In this document: in pieces, positions 54,838-64,000 of the stretch
Position numbering within the stretch: the first letter of the stretch is position 1
Layout: every line of letters begins with the position of its first letter
NCBI GenBank assembly: GCA_025786725.1
Contig: JAHLTZ010000011.1
Coordinates: forward strand, 558,001 to 622,000
Reading direction: 5' to 3'
Length of the DNA: 64,000 bases
Source of the DNA: Syncephalis fuscata S228
Taxonomy: Eukaryota; Fungi; Zoopagomycota
Position numbers and translations under genes: made by a program
The notes under the pieces: model-generated
Database searches by the model: none
Told to the model about the DNA's origin: nothing
The model's input: the letters and a program-made list of their open reading frames with translations, nothing else

Positions 54838-57800
54838 ATGAAGCTTTCCATTGCCGTCGTTTGCACCATTGTCGTGGCTTTGTGGCCAGTACAGCCATGT
54901 GGATGCTAACCAGCCTTAGTTCGCCGTGGTATGTTGCAATATCAATAATATGCCATAGTATCTGCTTATTAACAGTATTGCTAACTAATGGTGCTACTAG
55001 ATTGTAAGTTGTATTGCGTATAACTGTGACTGCTCACTAATTACATGTCATTCACTGTGTTCATCAACAACTTAATACTAATAGACGGTAAGTTCTATTA
55101 TATATCAATAGGGCATACACTAATTATGTGTCATGTACTGTATCCATTGACAACTTAATATTAGAGAGCTGTAAGTTATATTGTATATTAGTTGATTACT
55201 CACTAATTGCATGCTATGCACTATGTGTATCAACAACTTAATACCAATAGGCAGTAAGTGATATTGTATATTAATGACTTATAAACTAATTATACCATGT
55301 ATTGCGTGTATTAACAACTTAATGCTACAGTGAGTAAGTTGTATTGTGTATTAACTGACTGTGCTAATTGCATATCATGTATTGTGTACATCAACAATTT
55401 TTTATAATAGACAGTAAGTTGCATTCTATATTATTTATTCATTTATTTTGAAAAGCTTGTGAGCCCCCACTGCGCATAATTAAAGAATTTGTGCTGCTTC
55501 CTACTATTTTGGACTTTTCCAAACTTTTAACGGGTGGACTGTCACGTTTTTGCGCAAATCTGGTCCGTGTAGATTTCACACAAGGGCCATTTTTTTTTAA
55601 ATGGTGCTACACAGCACTATTCCCTTGAAGTTGGTCCCAATTGGGTTTTCCTCGATTATTCTGGTCAAGGTCTTGTTTCCGGACCTACTTTTGGGTTCTG
55701 GTTTGCAATTTGTTAACTAGAGAAAACTGAGGGAATCTCCACTTAAGGATTGATTTAATCTAAAGGTTGGGCGCGAAGCGTCCCGCTCAGGAGACGTCGC
55801 CTTGTCTATTGGGCTAGCAATGTATTCCTTCCCTATTTTATTTTATATTAACTGATCATATGCTAATTATACATCATGCACGTGTATACCAATAACCTGA
55901 TATTAATAGATTGTAAGTGATATTATATATTAAGTGATCATTGACTAATTATATATTATATGTTGTGTGTATCAATAACTCGATATTAATAGGCCGTAAG
56001 TATTATTATATATTAACTAATTGCTCACTGATTATATCCATGCACTGTGTGTATCAACAACTTGATATTAATAGATTGTAAGTTATACTGTGTGTTGACT
56101 AACTATACATTAATTATTGTATTTACTGATTGTACCTATTATTTAATATTGATAGGCCGTAAGTGATGTTGCATATTAACTGACTATACATTAATTATAC
56201 TATTTGTTAATGGTATTAATTATTTAATATTAATAGATGGTAAGTAGTATTGTATATTAACTGACTATACATTAACTATGCTATTTACTAATTGTACCAA
56301 CTGTTTAATATTAATAGGAGGTAAGTGGTATTTTATACTAACTAACTATACATTAATTATACTTTTTACTAATTGTACCAACTGTTTAATATTAATAGAA
56401 CGTAAGTTGTGTTGTGTATTAGTTGACTATAAATTAATCATACTATTTATTTATTGTATTGGTTATTTAATATTAATAGAAGGTAAGTTGTATTGTATAT
56501 TAAATTACTATACATCAACCATGCTATTTACTGATTGTATTGCTTATTTAATATTAATAGGATGTAAGTTGCATTGTATATTATTTATTCATTTATTAGA
56601 AAAGCTTGTGAGCCCCCACTGCGCATAATTAAAGAATTTGCGCTGCTTCCTACTATTTTGGACTTTTCCAAATTAACGGGTGGACTGCCGTGTTGTTGCG
56701 CAAATCTGGCCCATGTAGATTCCACACGGGGCCATCTTCTTTTGAATTATGCTACACATCACTATTCTCTTGAAGTTGGCCCCAATTGGTTTTTCCTTGG
56801 CTATTCTAGCCAAGGTCTTGTTTTCAGACCTACTTGTCTGGTTTTGGTTTGCATATTGTTTAACTAAAGCAAACTGGGGGTGGATTTTCCACTTAAGAAT
56901 TGATTTAATCTGAAGTTTGGACACGAAGCGTCCCGCTCGGGAGACGCTGCCTTGCCTATTGAGCTAGCAATTCCCCCTTGTATTATATATTAACTAACTA
57001 TATATTAACTATTGTTATTTAATGATTATACCAATTATTTAATATTAATAGCTGGTAAGTTTATTGTATATCAATTGACTGAGCTAATTACATGCTATTT
57101 GCTAATGATACCAATTATTTAATATTAATAGGCGGTAAGTGGTATTGTATACTAACTGACTATATACTAATTACACTATTTACTGATTGTATCAACTATT
57201 TAATATTAATAGTTTGTAAGTTGTATTGTATATTAACTGACTATACATTAACTATGCTATTTGCTGATTGTACCAATTGTTTAATATTAATAGATGGTAA
57301 GCGGTATTGTGTATTAACTGACTATACATTAACTGCTATTTACTGATTGTATCAATTATTTAATACTAATAGCCAGTAAGTGACATTTTATATTAACTGA
57401 ATATACATTAACTGCTATTTACTGCTTATACCAATTATTTGATGTAATAGTGTGTAAGTAATATTATACATTAATTGACTATATATCAACTATGTTATTT
57501 ACTGATTATACCAATTTTTTAATATTAATAGGCAGTAAGTGATATTGTATATTCCTTGACTATAAATTAACTGCTATTTATTAATTATACCAATTATTTA
57601 ATATGATAGGGAGTAAGTGATATTATACAGTAATTAGCTAAATATTAACTTTTATTTACTAATAATATTGATTATTTAATATTAATAGACAGTAAGTTGT
57701 ATTGTTTATTAACTAAACATACGCTAATTATATATTATGTACTGTATGAATAACAACATTATTAATAGGTGTAAGTAGCATTGTATATTAACTAACTATT

Positions 57801-58519
57801 AATTTTGCGATTTACTGATTGTATCAATAATTAATATTAATAGGCTGTAAGTTGTGTTGCATATCAACTGACTATGCATTAATTATATACCATGTATTGT
57901 GTGTATTAATAACTTAATATTAATAGCTTGTAAGTTATATTGTATATTGACTAGCTATTTACTAATTACATGCTATTTACTGTATCCATTAACCACTTAA
58001 TGTTAATAGCTAGTAGGTTGTGTTGCATATCAATATAACATGAGCTAATTATATACCATGTACTATATCTACCAACAACTTAATATAATAGGATGTAAGT
58101 GATATTGTATATTAATTAATTAATTACTAATTATATGTTATCCATCATGTGTACAACAACTTAATACAAATAGGCCGTAGGTAACATTTTATATTGATTA
58201 ATTACTTACTAATTGCATGTTATGCACCATGTGTACCAACAACTTAATATAATAGATGGTAAGTGTATTGTTATTAATTAATTAATTACTAATCACGTCT
58301 TATGCACCATGTGTACCAACAATTAATATTAATAGAATGTAAGTGTATTGTGTATTAATTAATTATTTACTAATTACATCTTATGCACCGTGTACCAACA
58401 ATTAATATTAATAGACTGTAAGTGCATTGTATATTGCTAACTTATAAATTAATTATATACATGTACTATCTTTATTTATAAATGCAGGGACCCACGTCAT
58501 AAGAGCATTACATTGGTAG
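54838..58519 (+). CDS. Secreted Cys-rich peptide precursor encoded by 33 micro-exons (gene B, paralog of gene A)
   Basis: Exon 1 54838-54928 is homologous to gene A exon 1 but has three 1-nt deletions as assembled. 31 clean 3-nt exons plus two ambiguous ones (55165-55170, 57769-57770). Spliced mature reading D-Y-(ES)-CMNNCHCHGEQGSGVYAMCRN(R/S)CSSRCHEYW, then THVIRALHW* as assembled. Confidence 0.75.
55431..55833 (-). mobile_element. tRNA-derived SINE-like element, copy 3
   Basis: Reverse-complement homolog of copies 1 and 2; body closest to copy 1; inserted shortly after an intron donor. Confidence 0.75.
56581..56977 (-). mobile_element. tRNA-derived SINE-like element, copy 4
   Basis: Reverse complement nearly identical to copy 2 (mirrored ORFs 52803-53012 and 56574-56867). 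Confidence 0.75.
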
Positions 58520-61500
58520 TGCAATCAAGCCACTAGTCCAATACAATTTAGGTATATATTCGGTGAAAAGCAAGACCATTTGACAACTACGCCGTCCAGT
58601 CTATTTATATATCAAGTTTTGGCCAATGCTCCGGTTTATCCAGTCTTTAATCAATGGAATCACTATTTTATCAACAGGCTTGCATCTAGTTGCCCCTATT
58701 CAACTGTGCAAATTTATAGTAATAAACTTGTGATTTCATTTTAGCTATATACAATCAAATTGCTATATTTATACCCATGTTCTATTTGCATTCAATAATC
58801 AACAATTATCAATCAAATGGTTAAACTGATAACAAAATTTGTATAATTATATCGCCTAAGCTATAGCATAGATTGGTATGGATGTAGCAAAGCTATCATT
58901 ATCATATAGTCAAATAATATTATACTGGAATTAGAATAAAGACACTTTGATAATAAAACATGGCAATAAAGCATACAATATTATAAAACAAAATAAATGG
59001 ACAAATTAGATACGTGAATAGTGATAGTGAACTATACTGTATGCAATTAACTAAGATTAATGAATCAAATCTACCAAAAGAATACAGTTAGCAACAGACT
59101 TTTAGCTTTTATTAATATAGTTTTATAATCTATAATATTAATGATATAGATGGCCATATAGTATTGTATACAGTATAGATATGTACAGTACAATAATAAT
59201 GATAAATAAATAGTTTAATAACCAATAATACTCACCACTCAATTCCACTTTCAATAACACAAATATTTAGTTAAATGCGTGACTATTATAGCTGTTTAAT
59301 TACCAAACTGCATTAAGCAATCAAATATCATAAGATTTAATACAAATCAAGTGGCTTAAATGATTCGTCACAGCACTCTTTTAAGCTTCTTTCGCCACGT
59401 TCCATGGCTTTTAAAATTAGAATATTAGAGTGACTGTTGTGGCATTTAGGAATGAATGTTGCGAGTAAATTGTTTTAGTTTATCAAAAACAAATTCCATG
59501 TTGACGACATTATTTTGCATATCTTCACTCTTGTTTGATACACCAGCTAATTAATTCAAGTTACTTAAAGCAATAGTAATTTCATGTAATTCGGAATTGT
59601 TTAATTGTTAAATCTAACATATAAAACACTCTAAATAAGCCAAACTAGTTTTATTTGTTGATCAAAATTTAAAATTTAAAACTATTTATTAATTAAATCG
59701 TTTTTATTTGCATTACACTTTATTTATTTTGATAGTTGCTTCATTAGTAGTTTGTATTTGTTTTTCAATAAAACGTTTATTTCAGTATTAGCTACTAGTT
59801 CATATTATTAATAATAATCCTTACAGACCATGTTTTTGTATTTTATTTTTGAGTTGTATTTGCCGCTAGTAGATTGTTGGCAGTCTTTTTGACAAATAAA
59901 ACACGATTGGAATTGCTGTTGATATTACTATAACTAATTAAATTATGTAAATAAAGCTTCAAATTAAAATTTTTGTATTTATTGTAATTAAGTTTTTTCT
60001 TATCAGGCATTTTTAGCCTTTCAAAAATTTCCAATTGTACTTTGACTCTCATAATTTAAATCCTCAAAGCAAAATTAGCTCCAACTGAAGTTAATGCTAT
60101 TATGTACAAAAAACATTGCTACAATGTTTCCATTTGATTACTTTGAAATTCACGAGACCAATCATTGTTGTTGTTGGCTATGCGTAAAAAGCTTGATAGA
60201 ATATTAATAAAAGCCATTGATCGCAATTCCATGTCGTTTCGCTGTTGTTATTGCTGCTACTACAACAGTGTGATTTCTTGCGACTGAATGATCTTTTCTA
60301 TTTTCTAATATTTTAATATTGTATTATGGGAGATTTACCATGTAAGATACTCGTCTAGGGTGACAAAAAGGTAGGACGACTAGCATTTCTGATGTTCACC
60401 ATTGTCTTGAGCATTCTTGGTATCGACTTGTAGGTGCAGATGCTTTGCCGACCATCGATGAAGCAAATCTACCTCCACCATATGCAATAATGATAGGCTA
60501 AGTGTCTTCGCCAGGAAGATCCTGGGGCGACAGTTGTAACCAGAAGATACGGCATGCCGTTGAGATTACTTGAGCAGGTGTTGATGTAAATAAGAGAAAT
60601 AAAGACTAGGAATCGAATAGTGTCTTTTATTGATATTCGAATGCACATGTTATTTATATTGTCATATTCGGCATTATTATATAATATATTACTAAATAAA
60701 ACAATAAAATAGTTATAAGAAAAGGCGGTGAAATAAATAAATAAAAATATGAAAGTAAATAGCTCACTAATATTAAATAATTTATTAGTACACTCATGTG
60801 ATTTAGTGTCAAAAGACCGAAATTGACATTTTTTACTTGATTGAACTACACAGCTGTTGTTCTACTAAACATGGAACTGGATGGTAAGTGACATTAAATA
60901 TTAAATTATAATGCTTTGAATACTTTACAGCAACAATAATATGAATTAACATTTATCTATTTATTATATTTTATTGTAACATGGAATACTATAATATTTA
61001 TTACTACTAATATCATATATTGAAAATAATGCGGACTGATTCATCTTCATTTGCATTAATCAGAGTTGATGTGGCACTGCTTCAACAAATAGTACTTTTC
61101 AGTATTAAAAACTGATGGGCAGTTTACTATTTGAATTATGGATTTTTTATCCTTCAGTTTAAGTATAGAGACTCAGAGTAAAATAGCTTCTAATGCTTAA
61201 ATAAAATACACAATTTCGATATTAAAGAAATATTTTATGAAGCTATCTCTTTTATGCCATTTATGGCATTGTTTAATTACGGTGACGTGTTCGCCTTTAC
61301 TGCAATTATTCACATTCACAGCCACCTTATTATCCAAACCATCTTACTCCATACCACAACAATACTCGCTTTCGAATGCAAATACCTTTGTTTCGTACAA
61401 TGTCGGCTATTACCTCGGTCACTGCACAAACTTCCTCTGGTCAACTAACCGACTTTTTGCGTTTCTTCGCAATTCACCTTCACCGTTCCACGCGGTGAAT

Positions 61501-62357
61501 CAATGCCGTGAACGTCTGACCAAGCACGGATTTAAGAAGCTGAATGAACGCGATTGCTGGTCGATAACGGCTGGTGGTCGCTACTACTTTACGCGTAATC
61601 AAAGCACCATCGTCGCCTTTGTAGTTGGCGGTCGTTTTGTATCCTTTTAGCTGAATAACGCACCAAGTAGCCTTTTTAACTCATCGTTATTAGAAACCAG
61701 GTAATGGCGCAAGCATTGTCGCAGCCCACACCGACAGCCTATGCTTCAGGGCAAGTACTGTATTTTATATACTTTATTTGCCTTTTAATTAGGCAGCAAC
61801 TATTGTTGTTTCGTATAAGCTGTTTTATTCTTCCTATTGCATTCACTACTTTGCTTCTTTTGTATTTTCTATTTTCAGCTATTTCAATGCGTATTTAACG
61901 ATGAGTGAGCGCCATTGTATCAACATTATTATTTATGCTTTATCTTTCCTATTTAACTATTATGCCTGATGCCAGTTTGTAACAAGTCACTGGCTAGTTA
62001 TTCTTTGGCTATATATATCCTACCATTCTACATTTTAACATACATCGTTTTCAATATGTGTAAGTAACTATTAATACATTTATTTAATTATGTGTGTATT
62101 TTATAATAACAGTGCATCATACAATAAGCTGTAAATGTTTATCACTATTCATATTATTTTAATTAACTCACAACAACATGAAATAAGCTTTATATGATTA
62201 ATGTCGTAGCACTAAATTGGATTGACCACAATAATGATTATTTGATTACTGATGTCACTCATCATCCAACTTCATGTTTAATAGAGCGAATACGATGGAA
62301 TCTGGTCATTCATCACCAAATCACACTAAATAATTACTAAATTGTTTATAAAACAAA
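58500..62357 (-). repeat. Right outer arm of the large inverted duplication (partner 47118-~50975)
   Basis: Reverse complement of the left arm; similarity ends at ...attgtttataaaacaaa (~62357). Confidence 0.95.
61400..61750 (+). pseudogene. 5' fragment of an M18 aspartyl aminopeptidase gene (copy 2)
   Basis: Mirror of 47724-48074: SPSPFHAV, YYFTRNQS, intron, KPGNGASIVAAHTDSLCFR; truncated. Confidence 0.8.
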
Positions 62358-62892
62358 ACGTATAATAATCATACCAACTTTTATTAAAAGCTTATTATAA
62401 ACATAGGTTATGATTGCGTATTTTATAATAAAGTACTAACCTTCAAAACTATTAATATTTATCATGACAATATAATTCCGCAAATAAAATAATACCGTTA
62501 TTGTGTAATATAATATATTAGCTAAACCTTTTCTTTACAATGGGCTGCCCACAGGTTCTATATCATATAAATTACTTATTTGAATGTCTAACACAAAGCA
62601 ATGTGAAGTCCAATTCACAGTGTAACAACGATGATTAGATGAATCACTGTGACATTTTTATATTTACTATCTTTTATTCATTCACAGCCCAGTCTGACAT
62701 TCAAAGTTATTCTGTCATATTGCACTCTGTTCGTTGTTCTGTTGAATATAACTGTAAAGACTCGGCCTATTTGAGATCACATAAGCTTGCACCACTGCCA
62801 AACACTTTTAAAAATTGCTGTTAAGTAGTGTAAAGGTACTAGAAGCAATTGCAACACCTGCGCATTTGTTTTATTGCAACTAAGCTATAGAA

Positions 62893-64000
62893 ATGACAAT
62901 ATTCTCTCGACGGGTAAGTACAATGATGTATAATAACGATCAGTATTGCTAAGGTATAGTTATTAGAAAGCGGGGATGTTAAAGTGTTTTGCCAGTGCTG
63001 AGTGCTGTCTAAACGTTTACACCATTTATGAAGGCCGTAATCTTGTTGGCACTCTTTCAAAGAAAAACGGAAATCCGTATTTCCTAGTCCCAGTGAAGGA
63101 GCATGGCGAGAAGAGTATCCGCCGGTACTTGACAACGATTTGAACGGATATCTTGTGGACGATGCCCCTTACCACAACCTCAATTTTCCTAATTTTCCTT
63201 TTCTTTATGCGGAAATAGGCAAGTAATTAGAGCATTGATAGAATGGCAAATAACATTATTTTATAGATATAAAAGATGGTAGATGTTTTATCAAATCATT
63301 ATCGAAATCTCCCGGTATTAGCTGGGAAAAAGATAAGGAAGAACTGGTACCAGGTGTTGTTTATGAGGTTCAGCGCGGCACTGTAATAAGATTTGCCTAT
63401 TTCAATTGTGAATTTATTCATGTGGAAGATGAAGTGGTAAATATAAGGACACTAGCAGATATTGCAGTAAGTTACAATATAATAATATAGGTAATGTTAT
63501 CTGATAGTCGAATTAGCGCACAAGATATACAGATTATGCCACAACCGATGAAAATCAAGACTCTCTTACATCTACATTAATTATTCCATTAACCAATGAT
63601 GTATATGATGGTAATGATGACGGCTATGCAACAGAGACGATTGGTATTCGACCACGTTTAGATAGCAGCCAGACTGATGATAAAGCGGCTTCATATCAGC
63701 CTGAAGAACCACAAGGTTCTATAAATAAAAGGCCCATATCTATGAATGAATGGAAGTTGGAAATAGACGAGAGTCCACTTATGCAACTACCTATCGATAT
63801 TCTATTGTCCAAGCACAAAGATCCATTACCAAAGAAAATACCAATACGCAGAATTGGTAGCCAGAAGTCTTATACAAATACTGGTAATGCATCACAAAAT
63901 AGACTGTCAGATGAAGCATCGCTGGCCTCTACCATGGTCATTGAAGAGTCAAATGAAGGCTCTTCTTTAGAGGGAGAGGGTCTTTTGTGGCTACAACAAT
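62893..64000 (+). CDS. Probable FHA-domain protein (MDC1/Mdb1-like), 5' part, runs off the right edge
   Basis: Spliced reading MTIFSRR|KAGMLKCF...YTIYEGRNLVG...(frameshift)...LNFPNFPFLYAEI|DIKDGRCFIKSL...LVPGVVYEVQRGTVIRFAYFNCEF follows FHA strand spacing; then an open acidic low-complexity frame. Confidence 0.5.

Larger units (their letters stand above)
54990..58430 (+). repeat. Tandem array of ~77-84 bp units (repeated intron plus micro-exon), interrupted by two SINE-like inserts
   Basis: atattaatag-NNN-gtaagt recurs 33 times from 55001 to 58415. Confidence 0.95.

Noticed and set aside
52703-56924. Short ORFs inside the SINE-like copies and in the central inverted repeat (53652-53918, 54047-54283)
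   Set aside because: Not conserved across all copies, no recognisable domain; mirrored only because the DNA is duplicated.
51290-57346. ORFs 51290-51523, 56278-56628 and 57092-57346 as repeat proteins (LILIxxKxYCIL)
   Set aside because: Read-through of 81-nt (multiple of 3) intron units; they break wherever the unit length changes.
51040-58430. CRISPR array or plain minisatellite
   Set aside because: The variable segment is only 3 nt, there are no cas genes, the context is eukaryotic, every unit has splice signals, and the triplets join into stop-free Cys-patterned peptides.

Overview
AT-rich, intron-dense eukaryotic DNA with short GT-AG introns, from a fungus; the gene content suggests an early-diverging lineage (inference). 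Bases 1-47,100 are mostly housekeeping genes: an AIF/FSP1-like oxidoreductase, uridine kinase, BRCA2/Brh2, a BAR-SH3 protein, V-ATPase subunit f, GAPDH, a HAL/NPR-type kinase, CENP-S/MHF1, a RluA-type pseudouridine synthase, a phosducin-like protein, bacterial/plant-type isopropylmalate synthase, an Ssk1-type response regulator, a class-3 lipase and NPR3, plus a duplicated F-box locus. Many genes carry single-base deletions in short base runs, probably assembly errors. The standout is a ~15 kb inverted duplication (~47,118-62,357). What looks like ~81-83 bp satellite DNA in its core is two divergently transcribed secreted-peptide genes. After a signal peptide/LVRR exon, each residue of the mature peptide is encoded across a separate 3-nt micro-exon (tag|NNN|gtaagt). 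Splicing by hand gives DPWNPFCCNFSGKCWDC-stop from 17 micro-exons on the - strand, and a different 6-Cys peptide from 33 micro-exons on the + strand. Four tRNA-derived SINE-like elements sit at the same position of the repeated intron. Everything was read by eye; no database search was run.
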